From: Seison nebaliae
Lineage: Eukaryota
Reading direction: 5' to 3'
Assembly: GCA_023231475.1 (NCBI GenBank)
Contig: JALJEE010002401.1
Coordinates: 1 to 58,410 of the forward strand
Length of the DNA stretch: 58,410 nt
The notes beneath the pieces are model-generated. The model saw only the letters and a list, made by a program, of their open reading frames with translations, was not told the origin of the DNA and did no database searches. Position 1 is the stretch's first letter; every line of letters starts with the position of its first letter. Shown one piece after another: positions 1 through 13,914 of the stretch. A program made the translations under genes and the position numbers.

Positions 1-138
1 AGGTCCTGTAAAGAAAGTGATGAGAGACGAGTATAAAAGAAAGAAGATTATTGGAAGAAGGGATTCCTTTTTGCTTTTATTTTGTCGTTTGATTCATTTT
101 GGAGAATTTAATAAACTGTGGTCGAGGAACACGTTACA
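1..138 (+). mobile_element. Possible 3' part of an LTR (truncated by window edge)
   Basis: TATAAAAG (~33), then AATAAA (~110), ending in ...GTTACA at 138 before an abrupt switch to very AT-rich DNA; typical LTR order. The 5' TG end and TSD lie outside the window. Confidence 0.4.
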
Positions 139-804
139 ATAGTAATCTAATATATAATTAATATTCATTGATTTTTAATTATAATTGTATCTAATTGTAT
201 ACAATTTCTTAGTTTGTGGAGATTTATTTTCGATATATTATTTTAATTTTTTGGTCCTTTTTGGGTTATATTTCTTTAATTGAACAGATATTGAATGCTA
301 TAGAAAACTGATAATGTGTTACTCTAAAATATTTGAAACAATAAGTCCAACTTTTAATAAACTATGTTGTTGTCTCATTAAACATCGGTCGTATCTACAA
401 ATTAAGAGGGCGAATATTTGCTTTCATTTTGGAAAAAGCTTTCTTATTCTATAAACGGTTTTATTGCTTTACAAATTTATTTTGTTTTTAAAACTTCTTT
501 ACAATGTTAGATATCTTATATCATCTAGAAATAGCGTGCGTCATTGATAATTCTTGGGAATATTATGGAAATTTACTTTAAGGTCCAGTCTATTGATTTA
601 AAACAAATATTATCATTTATAAGAACAATTATTTGGAATAGAACTCTTTGTTTGTTGGAAACTACTTTAAAATAAAACACGTTCCCAAAATAAAGTTGAA
701 TAACGAAATTTAATTTTATCACTTCATAACTCCATAGTCATGTTCAAGTTCAATAAAAGAGTTCTAAGAAATTGTTCGATGTAAATCAGGTTAGAGTCTA
801 GGTC

Positions 805-1298
805 ATTTGGTAGACGGGACTATTTGGTAGATCGACCATGTGGTACACTCCGCATACAAATTGCAGTTAAAATTACTCTAAAACGTTGGATTATTTAAAA
901 GGATTATTATCATTAAAAAAAAGAATTTTAATTAACTATGTAATGGAATATATTATAAATAAATTATTTAGTTTAATATTTTATATACAAAAGTAAAACA
1001 GTGAAATCAAAAAATGAAAACAAGAAAATGAATATAAGAAAATTACAATATAAGAAAAAAAGATAATCGAAAAAAAGTTTTTACATAATATATTCTTAAT
1101 TAATAGGGAAGTTCGCCGAATATTTTAATGATAATAATCCTTTTGAATTAACCTAAAATTTGGTATAATTTTAATGTCCAATAAGAAAATATCAAATATA
1201 TCTACATATCTACCAAATGTTCGGTGTACCAAACGTCCGTTTACCAAATGGTCGGTCTACCAAATGGTCGGTCTGCCAAATAGTCCCGTCTACCAAAT
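805..1298. mobile_element. Non-autonomous foldback/MITE-like element with modular terminal inverted repeats
   Basis: 805-848 (ATTTGGTAGACGGGACTATTTGGTAGATCGACCATGTGGTACAC) is nearly the reverse complement of ~1255-1298. The right arm is a tandem of ~16-bp TACCAAATGGTCGGTC units (1211-1298). An inner inverted pair AAAAGGATTATTATCATTAAAA (~897-918) / TTTTAATGATAATAATCCTTTT (~1123-1144) is also present. No ORF. Confidence 0.75.
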
Positions 1299-1648
1299 CA
1301 GTTAACATATCTTGTTACTTGATCAAATGTCTTCCATAGAAGTACACTGTAAAAGTTTATATTATCGATAATTTTAGATTTTACATTTCCACATAATTTC
1401 CTAGGTATAAGGATTACCTCAACTATTTTATTAGTAGATTTCTTATGTCAATTAGAATTATAGTACGTACTTGGAAGAATTTTATTATTTTTTGTTTTTT
1501 TCTTGAAATGATTTTAACATATTTAGTAATCCTCGATTACGTTTGATTAATTACGATAAGTTATTGTGATACACATTAATACGTTGAGATAGTTGTTAAA
1601 GTCAAATTGATTATAATTTTACAGATTAGAATTTCATTTTCAAAAATA

Positions 1649-2935
1649 ATGTGTATTATTAAAATATCGTTACTTCTTTTGGTTCCGTTACTACATTGTC
1701 ATGGGCGTTAGTCCTTTTCTTATAAATTTCACAAAGTATCATAATTCCTTTTCTATTTACGAAATACAGCTGATAAGGAACATAATATCAATTGTAAAGA
1801 AGAAAAGATGAAATTTTTTACTGCAGAAAAATGGTTCGACTATAAGTCAACCGAATGTAAGGTTAACAAAATTCTTAATAAAAAACTTAATCATTCAACT
1901 GTTGGTTAAGAAATTAAATTGCGGGATGAAAAAATGTGAACTTAATTTAGAAGGAAGAGCAATTTGTGTCGGAAGTTTTATTTCTGTTCTAATTTCCTAA
2001 CTTATCCTTTATAGAACCTCATGAGGGTACATGTTTCGCCACAATACCCACTTGGTTATCGAAAGATAACATTAATGAATTGGAAACTAAACAAAAAGAA
2101 TGCACATTCGATGATGAATGTGAACCGAATGAAAAATGTTGTTTCATGCCAGATAATGATCCAATAAAAGTTGAAAAGATGAAACTGAGATCACCAGAAG
2201 ACGTAAGATATTGGGTACCTGGAAGTGCCAGGAAATGTATAAGTTTTAAATTTTAAATTTCTATTTTATGATGGTAATATAATAAAAATTAAAAAGGAAC
2301 ATGTCCTTTTGTCAATATAAGTTTTCCTGAGAGCAATTGTGAGTTTGGCTTTGAAAAAAATGGTAATGGATGTCCAACTGAAAGATGCTACGATCCATGC
2401 GCAAATGTTGACTGTCCTCCAAACTACCATTGCGAATATTCTGATGTCATCAATTTCTTTAAGAGACAAATATACCGAGTGGGACGACTACAAAAACATT
2501 TCTTTGGATTCAATACTTTTCCATTAAAACCCAAACTTAAATTACAAGACTTGCCGGTACCTGAAGGAATAAACGTTCTCCCACCAAGCAGTCAAAAATT
2601 TATTCATAATTATATGAAAACATTATGGAGTCATAAAGGACAATGTGTTCCAAGTTTGAAATTGAAATTTGATTTTTTAAAATAAAATTGATCAGATGTG
2701 CGAAGAGAACTTGGTAAGTGTCCGGATCCCTTCCCTATGCGAGTTCATACTAAGACGATAAATGAAGTTTGTAACGGAAAGAAATATTGTGCGAATGATG
2801 AACATTGTCCAATGGGTCAGCGATGTTGCTTCGACTTTTATTGTTATGCTATCTGTGTAGGTTAATAGTAATTCTATGTTTTTCTCCAATCATCATAATT
2901 TTATTTAATTCTATTTAGATCCAATAAAGAACTGA
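1649..2935 (+). CDS. Secreted cysteine-rich protease-inhibitor-like protein (WAP + antistasin-like domains), 7 exons
   Basis: Signal peptide MCIIKISLLLLVPLLHCHG. WAP-like ECTFDDECEPNEKCC and GKCP...CNGKKYCANDEHCPMGQRCCFDFYCYAICVDP. Antistasin-like CEFGFEKNGNGCPTERCYDPC. Six GTT..AG introns keep the frame. Not resolved in the ORF track. Confidence 0.8.
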
Positions 2936-3863
2936 TTCAATTAAAGATGTTTTTCAGTAGCGTCAATTCTTCGACATTTCATATAATTTATTTATAATCT
3001 CTTTATAATAAAATTCTATTTTGAATATTAATAAATAGTCCACTTTCAAAATCTATACGACTACGCAAGTCGATAATAATTCGATAATTAAAAAAATTCG
3101 GATTTCGAGGATGTATTTAAGAAATTTTGGGATATAGACGGGACAAAGAGATATTTTTTTTAAAATATATTATATTATATTAATCAAAAATATCAAAAAA
3201 AAATTTTTTAAAATTTTATGGTTGTTTGCAGAAAGATTAATATCGGCTTTAAGTTGTATAATATTAAATGAATAGATCAACGGATTGAAAGGTTTAATAA
3301 GTGTTAATAACAATTTCAATATAATTTCCTAAATCATCCTCCACAAGAAATTAATTTCAAGATGGTGGTTTAAAAAATTCTGGGAAAAGATAACAAAATT
3401 TTTGAAGTTGATGGATACTTACCAACTTTTACGTTGCACAGTTGATCATGTTTATTGCGGTTTTTATATTGAATACGGTAATTATTGAATAATCTATCAT
3501 CAATGTCAAAATCACAATATTAATATACTCCATTGTCTTTAAAAAATGTTGGTTGAATTTTGATAGATAGATTTAATGCGTCATTCATTGATATCGTTTT
3601 ATAATTTAAAAGAAATGATTTACAGTCATTGTCGATGGAGAATTTGTATTGCGATGAGGCTAATTGGTATAATAAAAATTCTTGAATTCCTTTAAATTGT
3701 ATAAAGTAGTCTTGGAAATTATTTTAGATAGAGAACCTTGTTTTATACGAGGACATTGTTCTTGAAATTTCTTGTTATCATGTTTCACGATGGTATGTTC
3801 TTTTTCGACGATATTTAAATAATTGCGAAATTTGGACAGTTTAAATTTAAGTTGTCGAATAAT

Positions 3864-6800
3864 CTAGAAATGAGATTCGTAAAGTTCTAATATTGAAGAA
3901 TAATTCAAACGATGTCTGACAATTTTTCGGTTCCTTCTAATGCAGGTACTTCTACTATAAAACATTTCGAAAAATCGAAGAAAAGTAACAAAATAAGAAC
4001 TTTCGACTTTGTCAATAAATAGTTTCTTCCATAATTGAAATGCCTCTTTTAATAACAATTTCGATTTACCACAAATACATCGATATGTATATGCATTCAA
4101 TATATCCAAATTACTCATTAATCGTTTGATCAAAATATTTGAAACGGTTCCATCGGTAATTGAGAGAATTTGTGAAAGTAATTGCGAAATATTCTCAACC
4201 TTCTCATAAATAATGAAATAACTTTGTTTGAAGAGATCGGATGTTGAGGTAGTACTACTTTTCTTTTTTATTGATGAAGGTGCCTTAAATTCGGAATTAC
4301 TATCGAAAATGGTTGGGAAACTAGTATTCTTCTTGAATTGAGGGTTTCTATTACGTTTGGGTCTTTCTTTAATTCTATCCGTTTTCATTGCGCTGGTTGA
4401 TTGATATGGGACCATTTTCTTTAAATTCTGATAAAAATTGTGAATACTTTTCCTCTTGTTGATTAAAGAACTACGAGTTTTTGTAATGTTGGGTGTGACA
4501 TCATAGTTTAAAGTTATTGGTAAAATTTTAAACTTAATATTAGGTGTTGATTTATTGATAGATAATTGTAAATGTCCTCTATCGGTTCTATCACTTATGA
4601 ACGATGATGAAAAACATTTCTTCACAGTTGATATACTATGCGAATCTTCCGAATGGCAAAGATGATTTGATTTTATTGATTTACTTTTAGTTATATAATA
4701 ATTTCCTTTCTTATTTTCGGTATCTCTAAAAGAACTTTGGTTCAATTCTATTGTCTGATTTTCACTTTTTGGATTAAACCAAAATTTATTGATATCTTCT
4801 TCTCCTTCACAATTACTTAATTGAACGTCGTTAATTTCATTATCATTCGTCAATGTAATTTTTGATATTTTTAAAGATTTTATAGAGTCCACTACTTCAG
4901 TATCACCATCTCCATCACTAATACTGTTATTGTTGTTATTGTTGCTGTTATGTTTACCATCAAAGTTAATCATTTCATATGTATACTCATCGGCATCATC
5001 ATAAATAAATTGTGGCATACCTAATTCTATTTTATTATCTTCTATTTGTTTCTTTGTAGAACAACAAAAATTGACTATTCCACTCTCTTCATCCGAATAT
5101 GTCGTATTCGATACATACTTTCTGAAATCTTTTGAAAATAATCGAGTTAACCAATTAGTATTTTTTAATTTCTCTAATTCTTCTACTTTCTTATAATGTG
5201 TTTGATGGACAACGTTTCGAATCATGCTTCTACAATCATATTTTCGTTCTATATCATTGACATTCGATGGAAATAAGAACCCAAACATTGTCTCATTTAC
5301 AAATTTCTTATAAACTTTTAGCGGTTTTTTTGGATAGTTCAATTTATTTTCATCGATATAATCCGACTGCTCCAACAATACCTTCAATTTTTCCTTATCC
5401 TCAATTAAATTTATGTCGATGATACTTTCTAATTCGATTCTAGAGAAATAATGTGAGTAATAAGATTCACTGTCGATATAAAAATTGAATGGACGATTCT
5501 TGAATGGTTTTCGTATGAATATTCGGTAGTTCAATTTCAATGAATCCATTCCTAACTTATTTTTTGGTAACAAAATGAAATTGTTAAATAGCATTTCTTT
5601 CTTATACTTGACATCTCGATCGATGTCGTAACATCCGAACACTTTGTATAATTCATCAAAATTCCGTGGTATTCTACGTATTTGATACGGTAACATCGAG
5701 TACCATAATTGCCCAACATTATTGTTTGGTGATTTCATTCGAACATTTCGAAACATTTGTTCCGGTGAAAAATATAATTCGACGTCAGCAATATTATAAA
5801 CATTTACTTTATCTGAATAGAATTCTTTAAATTCTTCGAAGTGGTCTTCTTTTTCTATTGCTTCTGTCGAATGAAATGGGGTACACCAGTTCATATAATT
5901 CGAATAAAGATATTGTTTATTCTTCCTAAATAATGTCAATTCGTTTATTTTATCACTATTCAGTCTATCATCGTTATCCGAATCAGTCATATTCTTTTTC
6001 AATTTATGAATAAAACCATCAGAGGAATTGGTACCTAGAAAATCAAAAATTTTTGAAAACCCTTTTAAAAGTTGTTGAAACCTTTTTCTTCGTTAGGAAT
6101 TGTCATTTTCTGTAACAAATATGAAATATTTGGCAGACATGGTGGATTTATCATACTTCGATAATAATGTTCGATATACAACAACCAATTATCATCATTC
6201 GACATTAATCTCCACACGTAAGTGAGAAATAAAATGAGTTTCGGTTTTAAGTCAAATGCTTTCTCCCATGTATCATTTAAACGAAATACAGCTGATACAT
6301 CTAAACCAGCAAGCAAAACACGTAGTCCTTCGTAATTCCTTAAACGTCTCAACTGATATGCTACCTTTATCCAATAGTTGAGAATTGTAGCACGTCTCTC
6401 CAAATCACTACATTCTACAATAGTTGTCATTACCAGAAGAATAATCCTTTCGTTAAATAACAGATATCGTATTAAATTTGGAGATTGATTCCATCGATTT
6501 TCTTTTAGCCAATTATAACTGTAAAATTCCGTTGCATCGATCGATAACAAATGAGACACCTGTAACATTGTCAACGTTTCCGCCATAGTCACACTATTGA
6601 ACTCCTCCACCGATATGTCGAATAATGAAGAATCTGGTTTCCAGATCTTCGAAATTTGGTCGATATCATTTACATAAAACGTTTGATAATTTTCATGATC
6701 ACGTTCGGGATTATACGGCGACAGCAATTCATTTCCATAATATTTAAGGAAATTATTTATTTTTGGGAATTTCAATTCTTTCATACAATTCATCGCATAC

Positions 6801-7577
6801 GCAACAGAAATGAATTGCATAAATTTTTCATTGAGATGTTTTGTGTCGACTAGGCGGAAACAAAATGTCTTGTTCAAATATTTATCATCTAATTTGCAAA
6901 TGATCAAATATTTTCTTTCACTGAAAATAAAAAAATCTTCTAAATTTATAGAACGTTATTGAAATCTAACGGAACGACAGAGAAACTAATAAATTGGATC
7001 GGAATTATTTGGAGTATTTCTAGTACAAATGTGACAACTTCCCCATTATTATTTTTTTGACAACCTAATTTTGAACAATGTCAACTTGTTGAATGACAAG
7101 GAACAAAAAAGGAAACCATGATGATATTTACCAATAAATAATGTTTTGTTGCTGCTTAATCCAATTCGATATAATTGAAATTCACTCCCAACAATTATTC
7201 TCAAACAAAGACATTCTGTTACGATATGACCATCTCTTAAAAGATTCTCATAAGATTCATCTAACCAATATACTAAATGTTAGTTTAGATTAATTTAAAT
7301 AGTATTACCTTTATGCAATAAATCTTTTAATGTTGGAAATTTAATCGAATTAAATCTACTTCTAGAACATAACGAACAATTAACTGTAAGAATCAGTTTT
7401 TGTCTTAGCTTATTTCCACAAATATCATCTCATTTAACCTGATGCACAAATTTCATACAGTTTGTCCATGATTTCAGCATAAGTTTCAACATATTTCTCA
7501 TATTGTTTATCTTCATTTTCATCATACAAATCATAAGAATCGTCGCTTTCGTCAAATAAAATTTCATTTGAATCCAT
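3864..7577 (-). CDS. Ras-family guanine nucleotide exchange factor (CDC25/RasGEF domain) with long C-terminal extension
   Basis: ORF 6065-6907 has RasGEF motifs (SPNLIRYLLFNER, ERRATILNYWIKVAYQLRRLRNYEGL, VSAVFRLNDTW, PPCLP). A GTT..AG intron at 6035-6081 joins it to ORF 3864-6002. Four upstream introns lead to an ATG at 7577. The 3' end may extend to 3660. Confidence 0.8.
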
Positions 7578-8335
7578 AATTGAAATTTTTCAATTGATTT
7601 TCTACGTAATTGTATATAGTGTATTTTGTATTATTACCAATAAGTATTTCTATTTGTTATTGAAGTTTTGGTGGTATAAACCGAATAACAAAATTTCATA
7701 GAAAATGTTTACGTTTTTACAGGTACCGTCATTTGGGGGTAATGTGGGAATTGGGGAAACTGAGCAAAAAATGGTGACCGAATAATGACCCTTCAGGCTA
7801 ACATAAATTTCATATCGCAATCATAACTATGGCTTCCATCCTTGATTTCTATTTATCAGATAATGTTTACATCTAAAAAGCTTTCGAATACCGGTATTCG
7901 AATAGAATAATGGCCATTATCTAATACCTAATATTTTCAGATTGTCTATGTACAAATTAGATTTTTTAGATTACAAAAAATTTATTGATTAAAAAGAAAC
8001 ATAACAGTTGATCAAAAAATTGAATGTAACAAAGGAGAAAAAAGAAAATATGTTTAATTAATTTCGTATCTGTCTGTGTTGTCGTCATCTTTTATGAACC
8101 AAGGCAGGTGGAAAATGGTTGAAGCATGAAAGATAGTCGAGGAATTGAGCGGGATATTGTGATGGTTAATTTAAGTTCTGATAGTTAAATTAATGGTTCG
8201 AATTATTATAAAGTGTTAACATCTAAAATTATTTTTCCTTTGACTCCAAAGATTTGCTTAATTCTAGCTAAATATTCTTATTATCTTTCATGGCATTGAA
8301 GAATAATCCTCCCAAAATTTGGTTTAGTTCTCATG

Positions 8336-10075
8336 TTAGAGTCTTTTATCTGTAGAACATACTGGCTTTAGTATCTTACCAAGGTTAATCGTATGCTCGT
8401 TGTAAGAAACGGATTCATGAAAAAATATTTCAGAAATAAAAAAGTCAAAGGAAACCGAATCCACCTTGGTTGCTAAAAACAATTTTAAATCTCGGATAGA
8501 AAATATTTGTTCATTGCTAATTATATACCACTTCGACCCGACCATAGATTTGATGAGAGCCACAGAATGTGAGGGGAAAATGTGAATTTTTTTATAGGGT
8601 ATATATATTGAGTGACTCACATTATTTCTTTCTAACTTTTGTTTGAAATAATAAAAGTTCCCGGCAGTGAGTAATGTCTCCTGCCATACGGTTATGTTAA
8701 TTGACGATTTTAAATAATTTATAACTATCTCTCTTGATTCTTTGGTATAGCTGTCTAAATTAGTTGAATTGTAACGTTCCATTATCTGTTCAATACGATA
8801 ATTATTCCATTCGTGAACTCCTTTTGGCAAAGGTACTGGATATGAAGCATCTCCCGTTATTTGGAATTTGTTGTATCCCCGAGTTAGATGAAATGCATAA
8901 ATTGTATAATTTACAGCTGAACCTTTTGGAACTAAGTCCTTAAAAAATGTTATCTGAGAAAGTTTATCTCCATTCCAAAACGATGTGGGAAAAACTGGAT
9001 AATAAGCTATCAGTTCCAGTGGATTGATTGAAACATTGATTTTAAACTGAAATCTCAGTAACTCTTGGATATACTGGTCATCACTATATTGTAATAATAA
9101 GTCATTTAGTCGGTTATTTACATTCGCACTAATCTGTGAGGCAAAAAAATATTTTAATTCACATTTTTCGGAAGTTATTACTATTTTGGGGAATCCATGA
9201 TCTTCAATAATTTTCTCATATTTTGTTACTGTCCATAAGAAATCTTTTGTAATACGATCAGAAAGTGTTCTAGTTCTGAGGCTGTCTATATATTCCATTA
9301 AATTGCCATTATATATGTAATGTCTAGCATCAGCTTTAATGTAACCAAGTTCGAAATGCATTAAATCAATTTCTGGATAATAGATGATGCATCTTACGCA
9401 GTTTATCGGAGAAAATTTATTTGATCCGCTTATAAATTCGGCAATTCCATTTAGTTTATAGACCTTTCTAGTAATATTTTTCTCGGATATATAATCTGAA
9501 CCAAAAAAAAGCTGTTGTAGCATAAATGTCATTGCGTTCATTAAATTACGATTTACATCAAGTTTATTCGCAATTTCTTTAACATACTGTTTTTGTGTAC
9601 TACAATTCAAATTTATCTGAGATTCTGACGTTATTGAGTTCCAATCATTATCACACAGCGTGAAAGTTCTACCTTTCTTTAAAGAAACTCGAATACTTCT
9701 ATTTGTTTTTCCAGAAGGACATTTTAGTTTCATGATGTTCATTTTGAAGAAATTGAAAAGACATCGACTTATATTATTATTTTCCTTAAAGACCTCTGCA
9801 TTCACTTCATGACCACCAATTAATATTAATAGTTCATGTAGTAAATAAACCGCTGGAAAATTGTCGTCAAGATTACTCAGATCAAAACTATTCTCCGATT
9901 TTACCTTATGCAAAAATCTACAAACATCGGGTGAACACTCATTATTTTCCATTATCTTCTTTAGTAGAAATGGTGTGAATATGATAAATTGAAAAGAAGA
10001 TATAGATAGACATATTCCTCCTACATTTTCTATGGAAGGAGGTTCTATCAACGGATTTCTAGTAGTCATTTTCAA
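8336..10075 (-). CDS. Intronless orphan protein, ~540-579 aa, unknown function
   Basis: Uninterrupted 1.7-kb ORF in very AT-rich DNA, globular composition, no family I recognise. Confidence 0.65.
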   Translation of the reverse strand: MKMTTRNPLIEPPSIENVGGICLSISSFQFIIFTPFLLKKIMENNECSPDVCRFLHKVKSENSFDLSNLDDNFPAVYLLHELLILIGGHEVNAEVFKENNNISRCLFNFFKMNIMKLKCPSGKTNRSIRVSLKKGRTFTLCDNDWNSITSESQINLNCSTQKQYVKEIANKLDVNRNLMNAMTFMLQQLFFGSDYISEKNITRKVYKLNGIAEFISGSNKFSPINCVRCIIYYPEIDLMHFELGYIKADARHYIYNGNLMEYIDSLRTRTLSDRITKDFLWTVTKYEKIIEDHGFPKIVITSEKCELKYFFASQISANVNNRLNDLLLQYSDDQYIQELLRFQFKINVSINPLELIAYYPVFPTSFWNGDKLSQITFFKDLVPKGSAVNYTIYAFHLTRGYNKFQITGDASYPVPLPKGVHEWNNYRIEQIMERYNSTNLDSYTKESREIVINYLKSSINITVWQETLLTAGNFYYFKQKLERNNVSHSIYIPYKKIHIFPSHSVALIKSMVGSKWYIISNEQIFSIRDLKLFLATKVDSVSFDFFISEIFFHESVSYNEHTINLGKILKPVCSTDKRL

Positions 10076-10873
10076 GATAATTCAACTCTGAGGTAGTGGA
10101 AGATCCGAAATAATAGATAAGAAAGAGTAAAAAGAGGTAAAATATAATAGGTTAACAATAGAAACTTGAAATTTTAGAATTGTTTCATTTTGATTTCATC
10201 TAATTTATCCAGTTATATGACAGGGTTTATTACGAATTTGAAGATATTATTTTTAGATTAGCTGTTTATAGTTTCTAGTTAACATAATTGTTGATTAGGG
10301 GTATTTATTTGCATCTCCTCAGGATGAGCAATGAGGAGGAATCTTATTGTCGACAATTCACTAACATGGTAAGTAAAGACTTCGATTCTGTGATTTATGA
10401 AATCGATTACATTTTATTCTTTTTTTTCATACTTTAAACATTTTATCCTTTTTTTTTGTATTTGGATAAAAATTTTTATTCCTAAAAAAATATATTATTC
10501 CCACTTTATCGAAACGAATGTCTTATGTTTTACAACATAAAAGCAATGCATTCATTCATGAATAAAAATTAAATTGTTTTTCTTTAAAATATTGAAACAA
10601 AATTTGAGGCTCTTTATAATTTTAATACGTTTTGATACTCTTTAAAATTTTGAAGAGCAGTATATTAACATGAAATAGTTTTTTTTATTATTGATAAGAA
10701 TTTATCAATTAAACTCGTTTAGTTCTTTTTCAAGCGGAAATAGTATTTCATGCCAAAGTAATTATCAAAATAATATCAAGTAATAAATAATATCAAATAT
10801 TTTTCTCAATAAGAGAATGATTTCTACTAACGTAAGATAATAAAAAGTAAGTAAATAAGTTTGGTACTAACTA

Positions 10874-13414
10874 ATGATGTTCATGAAACATACGAAAAAT
10901 TTTCTTAATCAAACTTCAATTCATGGATTATTCTATGTTAATAAATCTCAAAGAAAGTGGCAGCAAGTGTTTTGGATTTTTATTTTTCTCAGCAACTTTG
11001 TTCTTTGGGTGTACATTACACAATATCATTTGATATATTTAAAATCAAAACCGGTTGAAGTGGAATTGGAGCTAAATAGAAATCCATTATCAATATCAAT
11101 GCCAGCAGTGACGGTCTGTACACCACACAGGTTCATAATTCTCCAAATTTTATATAATGAAATTGTAATATTAATCTTATTTACAAAGTGAAATATTTTC
11201 GAGTTCATATGACCGAATATTAACTTGGATCTATCTTAATGATCTTTATTCGTATCTTTCTGCAAATTGTTCAGCAGAATTAGACAACATAAACTATTCC
11301 CAACAGTCCATTATCTGTTCCAATCCTTATACTGATGGAACAATCTTAAATAAATATCCTGAATGGAACAATAAAACGAAGATTGAAGAACTGTTGTTTC
11401 ATCACCTGAGTCAAATATTAGTAGACTCAACTTCTAATATTTTTATTATTAAGCACATTTTAATATTCTTTGATATATATTACAAAGAAACGGCTATTGA
11501 ACTGGGAGATGACAACATAATGGTTCTTAAGGATTATGATATGAATAAGGTAACCAAAATTTTAGTCAGCATCAACCCCAAAGATATTCCCGATATGAAT
11601 CTCCGACAATATCTTCTAGTCACTCATTTTAACTGTAATTTGAATGGACAACCGATCAGTTTAGAAGAATAATTATAAAACTTTTATTATCGTTTTTTAT
11701 AGACAACGTGAGAAAATTTCTGTATCAATTATTTTCGGAGAAATGTTTAACAGAAAAACAAGAGAAAATCATATTGTTTAATTTTTTTGCAGAAGAGATA
11801 AGACGAAGATTACCAGGAGATAAAATAATAAGGAAAAATGTGGCTATATTCATTGCACTCAAATATCTCCGATTAACTTTAGATTTTGAATTGATTAAGG
11901 AAGAAATATATTATTTAAGTCTCGATATCCAAAGAACCCTTAAAGATAATATTATTGGAGGTCTTTATATATCTACCAATTTACTATTACGATATGTGGT
12001 CAAAACTGTTATTCCAAATAAAAAATTTAAGGATACACGTTATATTTTTCGTTGAACCGATTCATATATTTTTTCTTCAATCTTATTTCCAGGCTTGAAT
12101 CTTAGAGATTTCTACATCATAGATCATAATTTTCAGAATATTGCGGAATGTACTTTTAACGATCGAAAATGTAAAAATGAAGTTGGGACCTAAGTTCGTT
12201 GTTAGATCTAATCATTTGTCTCGTTTATCTCTGTATTTTCCAAGGAAATATCCTTTCTGTTAACTAAAGGTCGTAGTTGTTACAAATTCGAAACGACAAC
12301 AAACACTTCAACATCTCTACATGTTGTTTTTTGATGTAGAAAGTTTATTATTATTAAAATTCTGAAGATTCTAGTAATTGGTACAACAACCAAACGAACT
12401 ACCAACACCAAACACGTAAATTCAGTTATAATAAGTTTTCAAGAAAGAGGTAAAATCCCTAGTTTCTTGGACAACCAAATTAACTTAAGGAACGGAACAC
12501 ATGCTTTAATAAACGTTATACCAAATCAAGTTGCAGTTCTCTGATTCCGATTGTATATATGTAATACTATAGAGAAATATGTTAAATACATCTCACTGGG
12601 GAAACTGTGTAGAGCCGAGTGACGAATTTAAGAAAAAGCACAATATTAAAGGTAGATACTCCAGATTTCAATGTATACAAGAATGTCTATTTACATTCGT
12701 AATTGATCGATGTAAATGTCAAATGTATTATGATGAGGGTTTGCTTCTTTAACATTTGAAGATTAACGTAGAATTATTTTACCAGCAAACCGATATGGCG
12801 TTAAATATTGCAATACTTATCTTAAAGTCCACTGCATGTTCTTTATTTCAAGTTATCATCATTCTAATTTTAAAGGCAATGCTCAATATTAATTTGAAGA
12901 ATATTTTCAATGGCGAAAATATTGCCGATATTGTCCACGTGAATGCACTATGGTCAATTACCAAACGCAACTTATTTCAAAACCGATGAAAAATAAAATT
13001 TATAAAGATAAATATGCCAATTGTGATGAAGATCAAACTATGTCCATTATCATTGGAGGTACCAACGGAAATAGCTCAAACTATAATGCTCATTGTAGAA
13101 ATACGAAAAATTTCAAGTTCGGTTTAATTCTAAGAGTTCTCTTGTAATTCTGGATTTAAAAGTGAAATTTCAAATGAAATTGAAATTAATTATAACCATC
13201 AAGTATTTGAAGAATTTACTCAAAAAAAAAGTATATCATTTTCCACAACTTTAAGTTTCCTTTTCTTCTGAAAACCAGGAATATTTAATTTTTTATTTGG
13301 ATAGGTCAAATAGGAGGTTCTTTAGGTTTTTGTATTGGGGCCAGTTGTATAACTTTCTTTGAACTTTTATTGTATTTATATCTTCAAATGATATATTTAT
13401 TAAAACGTCATTAA
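10874..13414 (+). CDS. DEG/ENaC (amiloride-sensitive sodium channel family) subunit, ~11 exons
   Basis: N-terminal FLNQTSIHGL (HG motif), TM1 and MPAVTVC. Cys-rich thumb (CIQECL..VIDRCKCQMYY; CRYCPREC). TM2 QIGGSLGFCIGASCITFFE with the GAS filter. Ten GTT..AG introns; the junctions I traced keep the frame. Confidence 0.9.
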
Positions 13415-13914
13415 TATTTTTTATTCCGAGTAATCCAAATAAGTTTAGCGGAATTTTGCACCCATTACCAACGGTACCGATTCGATAAATGATTCACAAT
13501 TTTCATAACTTGGCAACGAAATATGAAATTTATTATAACGCACTTATCGTCTTTACTTCTCGTATTCTTGTAATATCTTATGAAATATGTGTCTTTTGAT
13601 TACCTTTATTTATAAATTGTGATATTTAAATTTTTCAGAGAGAGAAAGTATCTATGATAAAATCAGATTCGAAATATAATATCCTTAAAATGATCTTTTT
13701 TAATAATCATGATGCCTGAATTAACTGTTATTTATCGACTTATTTACCGTTCGCATCAAATAATTTTAAGATTCTTTGATAATATTTGACAATATATATA
13801 TATCAATTTTGGACAGATTATAATTGTAACCATGTCTTTGGATATAAATAATTTGTTTAATAATTCTGATGATGTGAAAGACGAAGAGTTATCCGAAATT
13901 GACAATGATGCTGA

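Noticed and set aside
1211..1298. CRISPR-like short repeats
   Set aside because: The units are contiguous with no spacers, are mirrored as an inverted arm at 805-848, and the context is eukaryotic.
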